A DNA stretch of 61,442 nt, filler included. It is 11 parts of 11 records of this genome, joined end to end, with 100 filler letters (N's around TTAATTAATTAA, not from the genome) between each part and the next. Parts side by side here need not be neighbours in the genome. Positions count along the whole stretch, not along the records: positions 44,806 to 53,294 come from SRR7504441_16152; positions 53,395 to 61,442 come from SRR7504441_16173; 9 more parts are not named here. One strand, written 5' to 3'. Below are positions 47,009 to 58,213 of this stretch, in pieces (position 1 is the first letter of the stretch; each line of letters opens with the position of its first letter). A model generated the notes under the pieces. It saw nothing but the letters and a program-made list of their open reading frames with translations. It was not told the origin of the DNA and did no database searches. Both the position numbers and the translations under genes were made by a program.

Positions 47009-48310
47009 CGTGTCGTTGAAAGCCAGCGCGCGCACGGGGTGCGAGTCTGTGTAGCACCCGGCCGGCACCAGGTCGCTCGGGACCATGATGCTGTAGTCAA
47101 ACTCCGGGTCACTCGCGGCCCAGCCGGTCGGCCGCATCTGCGCGAACTCCTCTCGGTCTATCACCCCGTCGTTGTTCCGATCCCACTGCCCAAACTCGTC
47201 CTCCGCTTCTCGCGTAGGCTGCTCGGATAACATAGCGTCCGGCTCAAGCTGCGCGGAGAGCGGCTCGGTCCACTGCCGATCTCCCAATCCGGTCGGCTCG
47301 CCACATTCTAGCGGCTGCTCCGGCTCGACACTGGTTGCCCGCTGCTGACAGGCTGAGCGCGAGACTTTGCTGTCGCTCGGGATCACCCAGCTGACTGCCT
47401 GCTTCCTGATCAACTCCGCCGCCTCCTCACACACCGACTGGCGCACTGGGTCGGCCCGGCCCCCAGCATCGGCAAGCTCGACCGGCGGCGGGTGTTGCTC
47501 CGCTGGAGAGAGCTGCACCGGGCTCGGGATCGGGTCGGCGCGGCCGGTCTGGACTGTGAGGCCCTGCTCGGGGGTGTGCGAGTCCATGTCGGCCAGGAGC
47601 GAGATCGACATCGAGTCGGCGGGCACCTGCCATTCGGGGTGTGCCTCGGCGTGTCGGTTGAGCTGGTGGAGCAGAGCCTGCCGGAGCAAAGCGAGCAGCC
47701 GCCCGCCCGGCACGGGGCTGCGCTTGCGGCTGCCCGAGCCGTAGATGGTCTCAAAATGCGGGGCACACGCCTCGAAGCACTCCAGCCGGCCCTTCTCGGC
47801 GGTCCAGTGCGCAAAGTCCTGGTGCTCCCGCAGCGAGCCGAGCGTGAGGCAGTAGCACAGCGTGCTGAACTCCTCCTTGGAGCACTGGCTCTCCAGCGCC
47901 TTGAGTCCGTCCACCAGCTCCATCACCGCCGGAGTGAGCGCCTGGTTGTCTAGCAGTTCCAGGAACTTCTGCCGCCGCAGCTCGAACAGCACCTGCTCGT
48001 AGTTGAACTTTGGACTCCGCTGCCGCACCGTCTCAGCCCGAGCGCCCCCCGGGGGGCAGCGCCTTGAGCGGCTGAATGAAGCGCTCGGCGTCGGCCCAGC
48101 GGCCGTCCAGGATCAGGCTGCGGATGAACGAGAGCTCCTTGCCGTGGGTTTCGAGGCTCACGCCGCTCTCGCGCTCCAGGGCGCGCATCGCGGCGCAGTA
48201 GCCCTGGCTGTGGGTCCATTCCTGCCCAGCACCCCAGCTCTGCCCGGCTGGGCCGGCCGGCACACCAACAGTAGCAGCACCACCTCGTCCCGGGTGATCT
48301 TGAGTTGCAT
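47009..48310 (-). CDS. WDR47: WDR47 homologue, coding block 1 (LisH-CTLH, EF-hand, start of first WD40)
   Basis: MQLKITRDEVVLLLL|EW...ALERESGV...FIRSLILDGRWADAERFIQPL...RRQKFLELL...LCYCLTL; EF loop DRNNDGVIDREEF; ends DSHPVRALAFNDT. Confidence 0.8.
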
Positions 48311-48397
48311 CCTACCGCTGCTGCCGGGGTGCAGTCCGCGAAAAATTGATCAAGCAGTCAAAGCACTGTGCGCAGGCATCATCAGCAGACGCGAGCG

Positions 48398-49228
48398 ATG
48401 GTCTCGGTGATGACGAATGTAGCAGACGCGACCGATAAGTCGCCCCGGAAGGCCGGGCGGGACGGAGCGCTGGTGCAGCTGTACGGCAGGCTGCGGCAGC
48501 ACTGGGCGCTGCTGGTGCCGCTGGTGTTCGTCGGGCTGCCGGTGCTAGTCCTATCTACGTCCTATATTACCCAGCCGTCCCGCGCCCCGCGGCTGCAGCG
48601 GCAGCTGCTCCAGCCGGGCGAGCAGTTCACGGAGCTCTCGGAGGAGCGCATGCCGCTCCTATCAACGGACTGTCCGGCGGAGGCCGCGGTGCGGAGCAGT
48701 AGAGGCGGCACTGCGGTGATCGAGGCCCCAACGCTCACCCGAAGAACGAACAACGCTGTGGCGGCCCCGCGGAAGGTGTTTATGCCGGTTCTGATCCCCG
48801 GAGCGCTCTGGTACGAGGTGGATCTTGGCAAGCCGCAGCCGGTGGGCTACGTGTCGGTCAGCTTCAGAGTGCCGCCTCACAAGCCGTCCCAAGTGCTCTG
48901 CATGGCGGACGAGACGAGCCTGGACGGTCCTCCGCCGGTCGACCTGGCTACGCCGAAGCAGTCGGGCCCTGGGCCCATAACGGGCAAGGTTGATTTAGCG
49001 CCCGGCAGCCAGTGCCGCAAGGTGAGACTGACACTCCCGGAGCCCCCGAAACGAAAGGTTCCGCCAAAGCGGCAGAAAGTCCGGGTCAAGCCGGGCAAGA
49101 AGCGCATTCGCGAGGAGATACCAGGCCCAGAGCCGGCAGCTGAGCCGGCCGAGACTCTAGTGCTGAGCATGGAGGTCTTTGGCAGCGATCCTAGCCAAAC
49201 TAATGCATGCAAAACGCGTGACGACTAA
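48398..49228 (+). CDS. Type II membrane protein with discoidin/galactose-binding-like motif
   Basis: Single N-terminal TM; WYEVDLGKPQPVGYV...CRKVRL...LSMEVFG. Confidence 0.55.
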   Translation: MVSVMTNVADATDKSPRKAGRDGALVQLYGRLRQHWALLVPLVFVGLPVLVLSTSYITQPSRAPRLQRQLLQPGEQFTELSEERMPLLSTDCPAEAAVRSSRGGTAVIEAPTLTRRTNNAVAAPRKVFMPVLIPGALWYEVDLGKPQPVGYVSVSFRVPPHKPSQVLCMADETSLDGPPPVDLATPKQSGPGPITGKVDLAPGSQCRKVRLTLPEPPKRKVPPKRQKVRVKPGKKRIREEIPGPEPAAEPAETLVLSMEVFGSDPSQTNACKTRDD

Positions 49229-50037
49229 TACGGATGTTCTCCAAGACCGCCCTGGCGTCCTTCGCGCGGTCTGCATCTTTCCCCAAATATATTTCAAAGC
49301 TAATACAACGCCGAACTACGTATAATTGTAAACATGAATTTTACTTGAAGCATTTTCGCGACTACAGGCATCGGGTCTACTCGTACTAGTAGATTTAGCC
49401 AAACCTCGAGCCAGCGCCTGTCGACCCGTCCGCACGTGGAGACAACCAGCGGTAGCCAGGTGAGCCCGCTGAGTGTCTTGGCAGCCGGCACCTGGCACCG
49501 GCAGTCAGAGGCCGCAACCGGCCGAGGCGGCGGCCGGCAGGCTGAGGGAGCGCTCAGGGCAAGAATGACATTCACTGTTATTCGTCAGGGCAGCGCCAGT
49601 TCGGAATTAGCATGGTTAGTTTGTGGCATCACGGCGCAGTTGGCATACGGGCCTAGTCGGCAGGCTAGGCACCTTTGGTCGCCGCTCACCCGCCACCTGG
49701 CCGTCGCTCGCACCTGACCAAGCCACATCAGAAGAGCCCCGGCCTGACCGGCAGGGGAAGGGCGGGGGGGTCTCTCAGACGCGAGTGAGAAGGCCATCTC
49801 CGCAAGGCCGCCGAGTGGGTTCAATCGCTCAGCAGCCAGGCGAAGCGCGGGCGCGCGCGAATGCGGAACGAGTCCCGCAAGCGAACAGCAACTCGCCGGC
49901 CACAAGAGCACTCACAATTCATCATCGAGACCGCAGGCCGACACGAAGCCAGGCTGCCGCTCACCGCGTGTCGAGCGAGCGTCGAGCGGAGCCGTTGGCG
50001 AGGCTGAGCGGGGCCGGGCAGAGCAGGTCTTCGAGCC

Positions 50038-51303
50038 ATGGCGGCGGCCACGATGGAGGACTTGTTCGGGGATTCGGACGAGGATGCCCCGCCGGCTCAG
50101 GCCGAGCCGGCGGCAGCGAAGCCAACCATGGAAGACCTGTTCGGGGACGAGGAAGAGGAGGAGCCGCAGCCCGCGGCCGGGGGACCGAGCATGGAGGCGC
50201 TGTTCGGAGAGGAGGACGACGAGCCGGATGCGGCGCGGGATGATAAGGGCGGGGCCTCCATGCAAGATCTTTTCGGTTCGGACTCGGACAACGACAAGTC
50301 CGGGGAGGAGGACGAAGACGCCGAAGACGCCGACCGCCAGCCGGAGCCGGAGCCGATCCAGCGGCAGCTGATCGAGGCGCCCGAGCTGCCGCGGCCGAGC
50401 ACGGAGCAGCTGAGCGTGATGCGGCTGCCCCAGTTTCTCGGTGTCAAAACTGACCCGTTCGACCCAGCGCTCTGGACCGAGGAAAGCGACCTCGACGCCG
50501 GGACCGACGCCGCGGTGGGGGTGGGCCGGGAGAATATCGTGCGTTGGCGGTGGCACCAAGGGCCGGACGGTGTGCCGGTGCGCCAGTCGAACACCAGGCT
50601 GGTCAAATGGTCGGACGGCTCAATCCAGCTAATGATTGGGAATGAGAGGATGGACGTGATCGAGGAAGCAGCGCCCAAGAACATGCAGCTCTGGGGGCGG
50701 CACGACGCGAGCAATGTGCTCGAGTGTCATGGGATGGTCCGTCGGAAGCTCCTGGTCAAGACTGGGGGGCTGACGAGCAGCGCTCACCGGCGGATGAGTG
50801 CGCGACTTGAGAAAGAGAACGAGACGCGGCATAGGGGCGCCAAGGTGGTAATCGTGAACGAGAACCCTGAGGCGGAGCACGAGCGCAAGGAGCGGGAGCG
50901 GGACGAGTTGATCAAGTCGCGCGAGCAGCTAGCCGCCAAGCAGGACAGCCTGCGCAAGCAGTGGGACCCGATGGACCCTGGCTTCCTGGAGGACACGCAT
51001 GGCCGGACTCCGCGGGACCCGTTTGGCCGGCAGCGCGGCGGACGGACTGGGGTGCTCGATGACGACTCGGAGGAGGAGGAGGAGGAGGGGATTGGCGTGC
51101 TTGATGACGATACGCCGAGGGATACTGGGGTACTGGATGATGATGAGCACGATGTGCAGGAGGAGCCCGCGGAGCTTCCGCCCGACCCCGAGGCTGAAGA
51201 AGCCGAGGCGGAGGACGATGATGACGAGGATGAACCTGCCGCACTCGGGAACAGGGCGCGCAAGCGGCAGAGGATCGATGACGATGATGAGGACGATGAG
51301 TAG
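50038..51303 (+). CDS. LEO1: PAF1 complex subunit Leo1, intronless
   Basis: Acidic DLFG repeats; LPQFLGV..DPFDP; ENIVRWR; SNTRLVKWSDGSIQLMIGNE. Confidence 0.92.
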   Translation: MAAATMEDLFGDSDEDAPPAQAEPAAAKPTMEDLFGDEEEEEPQPAAGGPSMEALFGEEDDEPDAARDDKGGASMQDLFGSDSDNDKSGEEDEDAEDADRQPEPEPIQRQLIEAPELPRPSTEQLSVMRLPQFLGVKTDPFDPALWTEESDLDAGTDAAVGVGRENIVRWRWHQGPDGVPVRQSNTRLVKWSDGSIQLMIGNERMDVIEEAAPKNMQLWGRHDASNVLECHGMVRRKLLVKTGGLTSSAHRRMSARLEKENETRHRGAKVVIVNENPEAEHERKERERDELIKSREQLAAKQDSLRKQWDPMDPGFLEDTHGRTPRDPFGRQRGGRTGVLDDDSEEEEEEGIGVLDDDTPRDTGVLDDDEHDVQEEPAELPPDPEAEEAEAEDDDDEDEPAALGNRARKRQRIDDDDEDDE

Positions 51304-51631
51304 GCTGGCAAGCTGCCATAGCTCAAAACTTGAACTCAAGTAATTGTGTCGCTTTGTTCCTGCTCCCGGCATGGTGTGGCTCTCGGCTGACCTTATCGGT
51401 GCAGTGCCTGGTGAGTCTTGGCAAGCAAGGCAATCAAACAAGCAATGCGGTCAAGTACTAATCCGCCACAAATCCGTTAGTCCGCAATAATATTACGTGC
51501 GGTACACAAATGTCATATAAATATCACATGATTTGGTATCACTTGCATATTTTAACTACAATCGCCATCTAATTCATGGCTCAATTTTGAAATTTCGTGC
51601 GGAACATAGATCTGGCCCATACGAGTCTGAT

Positions 51632-53189
51632 CTAAGATTTCGCACTATTGCGGTCAACTCGAGCGAGCACGCCGGTACCACAAATTAAGTGAGCGCACAA
51701 CTTTGCTCGGCTCACTTGGTCGTCAGAAAAGGGTGACGTAGAGTCGAGCACTTGAAGCACTCCTATCGTGCGTTCTCCCTCGGGTTGCCACTCTAGTAGC
51801 GGGAAGCAAACTAGCCCCTGGGCGGAGAAGCCTGGTGGTATGTCTGTGCCAGGAATCAGAATATCACTATGGAGTTTTGCGCCAGGGCTCGAGTGCTCTG
51901 GCTGCAGGTTTGCTATGATTTCGGTTCTTTCGAGTGCGCACTGCCCCAGGAGGCCCTTTCCGAATGGGACCTCGCCTATAGCGCACTTGGCGGAACTAAT
52001 GAAGAGATCGACTAGGATTGGCAACACCCACGTTCACTTCATCAGCTCCCACTGCCTTCCCTGCTTCCTTTGCAATCATTTCCAATGTCACATCTAGTGG
52101 TCGTACTGTGCTGAGTAAATTTGATGCGCAAACACTGGCGGGCTGGGCTGCATTGAGCCGTGCCTGTGCGTCATATGAGTTTATAGCACGGTAGAGAAGT
52201 GGAGAGAGAAGAGTAGCCAGCTGACGAAGGACAAACATTTCGAGGCCACCAAATCCATAACCAGATACTGCTCTTCTGGGGTGATTTACGATCATCAAAA
52301 CCCCGAATGCGGGCTCTCTTGCGTCCGCAGCTCTAATCGGAATGCAAATTGCATCTTGGATGCCGCCTTGTACTGCCTCTAGCCGGTCAACCTTAGGATT
52401 GAATCTTCTGAGCAACTCAGCGTCATCACAGCTCTGTGGTTTCCCTGAATGGAGACACTCCCCGATTATGGATTCTCTGGTAGCCGGTATCTCGCAACGA
52501 ACAGCGGTGCCGCCCGCTGACATCCCATGCAGAGCTTCCACCTGGCCAGGCTCACGAACCAAAGCCCAAGCAGCGGCCGCGCCGAGCCACTCCTGCGCAC
52601 ACTTGGCGGTGGCTGTGAGCAGCTCCTCGCTGGTGCTTTGCTGTGCAAGCACGGACAGCATTTTGACTATAACAGTGAGCTGCTCCCTGGCTGCTGCCGC
52701 AAGTGCTGGTCGGGCTGGCCAGCTGCCGGGCTCGCAGTCCCCTCCACGCCAGGCGGCAACCGCGGCTGCGACGGTGGCTCGGTTGAAACCCCTGCCAATT
52801 GCCTCGAACCGCAGGACTGCTGGGTGGTCTGTCAGCGACACGGGTCTGTTGCGCCGGTTCCACGCTAGGAAGCCGGCCGTGAGGTTCACAATCCTGGCCG
52901 CCACCGCTCAGCCGGCCCGCCGGGGCTGACACCGCCATGTGAGCAGCTTTCGCGCGAACGTCCCGCGCATGCCGCCCCCGCGAAGCGGAGAGCAGCTCCT
53001 TTGCCAGTGGAGGGTGCACTGCTCGGTCTGGGTGCCCCGCTGCACCGGCTCCGGCCACAGGAAGGCAGGGCCCGGCTGCACCGCCAGCGCTGGCACCCCA
53101 CGCGCAGACCGGAGCGGCCGGCCCGACGGTCGACCGGTGGCCGGCCGCGTAGGGAGCGAGCAGTGCAGCCGCCTCCGGCCGGCGGGCAT
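51632..53189 (-). CDS. Tandem GAF-domain protein
   Basis: SIIGECLHSGKP...FNPKVD...ICIPI...FGVLMIVN; GKGLLGQCA...LVCFPL...IGVLQVLD..PFSDD. Start and one junction uncertain. Confidence 0.7.
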
Positions 53190-53294
53190 CCCAACTTGGC
53201 ACTCTCAAGATCACTTCAGTTGTGAGCGATGTCTTTGTGGCCAGGTGCCCTGGGAGGGCGGCGGGCTCGGCGGTGAATGTCCGGGGTGCAGGGC

Positions 53295-53394
53295 NNNNNN
53301 NNNNNNNNNNNNNNNNNNNNNNNNNNNNNNNNNNNNNNTTAATTAATTAANNNNNNNNNNNNNNNNNNNNNNNNNNNNNNNNNNNNNNNNNNNN
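53295..53394. other. Artificial contig spacer
   Basis: 44 N + TTAATTAATTAA + 44 N. Confidence 0.97.
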
Positions 53395-56300
53395 CGAGGG
53401 CTGGGCAACCAGAGCCCTCGAGGGTTGGGTTCGGACCTGCCGCGAACCGGGCGGCACCGACACCCTCCAGGCCAGAAGAAGAAGCCAGGGCGTGGTGCGC
53501 GCGGTCGGCCATTGTGGCGGCCGAGCGGGGCGTCTAGGTGATATCCGACACTACGAGGATCCGGAGCAGCAAGCACGGAGGGCTGAGGTGGGCAGCTGGG
53601 CAGGAGGCCAGGCTGAGCGTGCGCAGCTCCAGGCCGAGCTCGAGCGACGCCGGTGCTGCCTGGGGCCACCCGTGGTGCCTGGGCTGCCGGAGCCCCCGGG
53701 CAGCTGGGCTGGGCTCGAGCTGACGTGGAACAACGACGAGGTGCCAGGCCAGGCAGCGGGCGAGTAAGCGTGTTTTGGCAGGCGTTGGCTGCTCAGTTGG
53801 GGCCGCTAGGCGATGCGCTGGTCGGTGCCGTCGAGCGCAGCCGGGAGGCCGGCGCCGAGCTGTCTCCAGTGTCATTGCTGCTCGGGCTGGGTGGCTGGCT
53901 GCTGGGCCGACGGGCTCAGCCGGGGTCGGCCGCACTGACAGCCGCAGTGGCGCGACTCGCGTCCCAGCTGCGTGCGGCGCTCTGGGAAAGGGGCCAGCCC
54001 GAGCCGTGGCTAGAAGGCTGGTTTGCTCTGGTCGGCTGTGCGATGGCTGCGAGCCAGTGCGGGCTCGGCTGGCGATCAGTGGACGTGGACGCAAACGAGG
54101 CGGAAACCCTGAACTTGAAGATGGTGCACGCTGCTGTCTCAGTGATGGTGGAGCGGCCTGCGCTCTTCAGCACAGCGCCGGACTCGCCGCTGAGCTGTGC
54201 GCTGTTTGGGTGCTGGCGCGTGGCTGTGCTGAGCTGGCAAGGCACTGTGGATGCAGTGATGCATCAGCTGGAGGAGCCATCATCCTTTCAGATGGCGCAG
54301 CGGCTCGATACCGGATGGCAGGCAGCCTGCTGGCCGGTTGAGCGCGAGCAAGGGGCAGGTGGTCGCTGTGCTGGCGGCTGTGGACGGCGTCAACAGCCTG
54401 GAGCCTCCGATTGAGACGCTCACCGGCTGGCTTCTCTCCCACAAAGACGGGCCGTTCCACGCAGAGGATCACCCCGCCGGAGACCGCACCGAGCACTGCC
54501 AGGCGGTCCTCGGGTGCGCGTTCCGGGCTGCTGAACAGTGGGATTTGAATCAGCTGGTGCACTCGGGTAGCCGCCCAATCGGGCAAGGCTGAGCCGGTGG
54601 CAGCTGCAATGGAAGCGGTGGCGGCGGTTGGGGATAAGTACCGTGCGGAGGGCAAGTGCCTCCAGGTGGGGCGGGCGCTGGGCTGGGTGCCAGGCTGGGC
54701 AGCTGCTGGACGAGATGGTTACTCGGAGCTTTAGGGCCGGATTTTGCAAGAACAAGCGTGAGATTGGGATCAAGAGGCTTGTCAATAAACTGCGGCAAAA
54801 GGCCGAGCGGGTGGCCGCTCCCACCAGGGGCGGCGCCGAGCAGGTGTCAGGTGAGCGGGCTGGGTGGGCTGAAGGCGCGGACCGCATGCCTGGTAGCGGC
54901 TGCACGTGAGCTTAAAGACCAGAGTCAGCTGAAGATCATCGTTGATGCAATAGGCATGCATGCCGTGCATACGAGGGCGAGTTGGTTGCAGGCAAACCGC
55001 TGGGCGACCGTTGTAATATTCCTGTGGAGGAGCTATCGGCGCTGGTGGAAGGGCTGCTGGACTGCGTGAAGGCCTGCCTTGGAGCGATGGGGCACGCCGG
55101 GAGCTTCCTCTGCTCATATCTGGGGCTTGCATGCGACTGGATGCAAGGCTGCCCTTCAGAGCGGTCAGCCCACCAATCTCCCCTGCTGAGTGGCTGGCAG
55201 CACGGCAGAGCAGGCGCGGCAGTTCAACAGCAGGCTACGGTTGATCAAGCAGACTGTGCCTGTGCTGGCAGAACTAGCCCAGCAGGCGCGTGTGTTGGCA
55301 GCCGCCCGTGAGCGGAGGGCAGGACCCTGCGATAGCCGGGCTTTTGTTTGGAGAGTACACCCAGTGCAAGCCTATACCAGACGAGGCCAGCTCCTGCCGA
55401 GTGCTGCTAGAGTCGACCGATCAGAAGGCCCAGCTGCTGCCTGCACTGCTCCGGCTAAGCGAGCAGAATGGTATGCCATGGGCAGCCAGCCGGTCATTCT
55501 GGGCAGGCTTCGAGTCCAGCCTGATCGCCGTGCTCCTGGCGATGGCTGGCACTCCGGCAGTGGCAGCGGCCGAGCCGGAGGAGCAGGAGGTGGACGAGTT
55601 TGGATTCATCGATCAGATCCCAGATCTCGGGCTGCCGTGGCTGTGGCTCAACAAGGAATCGGCCGCCGGGAAGCAGGCGCTGCTCCCAGCCGCGGGCTAG
55701 CTCAGGTGGCAGGTTAGGTGAAACTGGCACTCGAGCAGTCATTTGCCCCCGCGGTGGAGCTGCTACGGAAGCAATTCGCTAAGGAGGCCCGACCCGACCC
55801 GCGCGGGCTGCGGGCCGGCCCACTCATCAAAGCAGTGGCTTCAGTCGCGTCCGTCATGAGCCTGGCTGGCGACTGCTCAATCTCGACATCTATGTTGCTG
55901 GGCCAGTACGGTCCGGACTCGGTGTTCGTGAGCGCGGGACTCCGACCAAACAGCAAGGGCGGTGCGTCCCAGCTGGGGTGGCGCCCACTGGTTTGGGCAG
56001 AGCCAATGGCCGAGTCGCAGAAGCGGCAGCGGCTGGTTCCTCTCCAGTTCGTGGTGGCGGCCATAGAGAGTCTCCCGGCGCCAGGCGGGCGAGGGAACAA
56101 GAAGTTCTGGCTGTGGGAGTGGTCTCGCATCAAGCTGATCAAGCTCTGGCTGCAGGTGGCTGCTGCCTTGAGCCTCATAAACAAGGGGGCAGGCGGCGGT
56201 GGACCTGTCCCGCCCAGGGCTCGAGCAGTTGACTGCCGAGCTGACTTGCATCCCGAGCACCGCTTCGCTACTCACAGGCGTTCCGACGGGCGAGCTGGAC

Positions 56301-57800
56301 CCGGTCAACCTGATCAGCGCATTCCAGACCGTAATGGACAATCTGAGTCGCGAGTGGCGCAACTGTGGCACGCGTGAGAGGCTAGCGCTCGCTGATTGCA
56401 TGAACAACCTGCCCGACATTGCCAACCACTGCCAGCGTCAGCTGCGGGCGAGCGACCGCAGCAAGCGTCTCGAGTACACCAGATCGGCGTTCGGGCTGCT
56501 GGCTTACCCGCTCACAATGCACAGCTCGATGCTGTACAAGAGTAACATGCTCCAAGGCTGGCTGAAATGCTTTGTGCACCTGACGGACTTTGACCCAGCT
56601 GTTCTCCCGTGTTTCTGGAAGCTCACGCTGCAGCTGATGTGGGGCGTCTTGCGGATTGGGCAATTGGACGATTATCTCGTCCGCGAGCTCACGCAGCTGA
56701 TTGAGACAGTCGAAGAGCCGCTGGTGCGCGGCGCCGAGCCGGAGCCAGAGCTCTGCAGGGCGCTGATTGGTGTGCTGAACTGCTCAGCCGATTGGGTGCA
56801 GGCGGCGGTAGACCAACAGCCAAGTGCTCGGATGCTCCGGCTGTACGTCGGTGCAGTGCTGCCAGAGTACATCAGTAGGCCAACACTCCGGCCGAAGGCA
56901 CTGCTGCTGGCGCGCGCCATGCTCGCTGGCGTGCCTGAAGCCAGCCTGCAGCTTGTCGCACTAGTGCTCCCATGCTTGCAGGGCGGCACTCCAGACACGA
57001 GGGAGATCGCGCTCCAAATGGTGTACCGCACACTCAATCAGCGCTCTGACTGGGCGAGCTGGCTTCCGCTGCTGTGCGAAGCGGCCAGTGGCAGCCTGCA
57101 TAGCCAGCTGCTCCAGGCCTTGGGCGGCTCACCAGATCTTGGGCATGATCAGCTAATCCAAGAGCTGCAGGGGCTCGCTGCTGCTGAGCAGCCTAGCCCG
57201 GCACACGGCGATGCCGCAGTCCGAACTAGATTGCAGGAGCGGATGGGCCCGGAGGAGGCAGCACCTGAGGTGCCATTGGATGCATGCACGGCACTGGCGT
57301 TGGCGCGCCAGCTGCCGTGGCAGGTGGTGCTCAGGCACTGCGGAGGGGGGTACGTAGAGCAGCTGTGGAGGCCAGTGGCCGAGGCTGTGCTCGATTACGG
57401 ACAAAAAAAAGGACCGCAGCACAAAGTGCTTGTGAATGATTTGATTGCGCTTGTGAAAGAGATGCAATCGGCTGACATAGAGGTGTTTAACAATATTCCG
57501 TTTGAGGAGCGTAAGAGGGCTCAGCTCACCCAGCCAGAGCAGGCTGCACCAGCAGCGGAGGAGGCTGCACCAGCAGAGGAGGAGGCTGCACCAGCAGAGG
57601 CCGCAGCGGAGGAAACTGCACCCGTGGCGGAGGAGGTTGTGGTGCAGGAGGCTGTAGCAGCGGAGGAGGCACGAGCATTGGCACAGGAGGCTGCAATAAC
57701 AGGGCAGAATCGATGGCAGACATCCGTGGAAGCAGCAGCAGCAGAGGAGGCTGCAGTTGTGGCTGCAACAGCAGAGGAGGCTACTACAGGAGAGACATAG
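53395..57800 (+). CDS. Large alpha-helical (HEAT-like) hypothetical protein with Glu/Ala-rich tail (5' truncated, multi-exon)
   Basis: Chain of Leu-rich plus-strand ORFs separated by ~40-nt introns; final ORF 56199..57800. Confidence 0.6.
57535..57790 (+). repeat. Degenerate coding repeat (GAGGCTGCACCAGCAG..., EAAPAE/EEAA)
   Basis: Repeated aggctgcaccagcag units, seen directly. Confidence 0.8.
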
Positions 57801-58213
57801 GAGAGACACTGCCACCAGAGGGGACTGCAACAGCGCAGGAAGCCGCAATAGCGCAGGAAGTCAAACGTTACATGTAAGCATTGAACAACGATCTACTGCA
57901 ACGTAACTGATCATGATTGATATACTTGTACTTGTAATTATTCATTTTGTTCATTAAATTAGATACATTTTAGAAGCGACCCACAATAGGCCCACAATAA
58001 GTTGTCGATGTTAAAAGCGACTAAAACTTTTTAGCGTCTTTAATTGATGAAAGTTTGTTCTTTTGAGAAACTTGTAATTAAAGCACACTAAGTGCTCACA
58101 CGTACACTACACGTCAGATGAGTACACCGAAGCACGAGCCAAAGTGAGTGCTACGTAAAGCTGGATCAAAATGAATGTCAAAACCCTTGCCATGCAGATA
58201 TCTTTCCGAGCTT

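Noticed and set aside
47003-47011. GC donor for trans-splicing WDR47 block 1 to the AG at 46464-46465
   Set aside because: Weak context (AC|GCATTC), and it adds a residue relative to the gapless ACG-overlap join; not excluded without RNA data.
49229-50037. Possible minus-strand gene divergent from LEO1
   Set aside because: Splice-like sites are present, but I could not build a consistent or recognisable protein.
57153-57848. Cys/Leu-rich minus-strand ORF (also the Ser-rich ORF 50784..51326)
   Set aside because: Antisense shadows of Glu/Ala and Asp/Glu low-complexity coding sequence.
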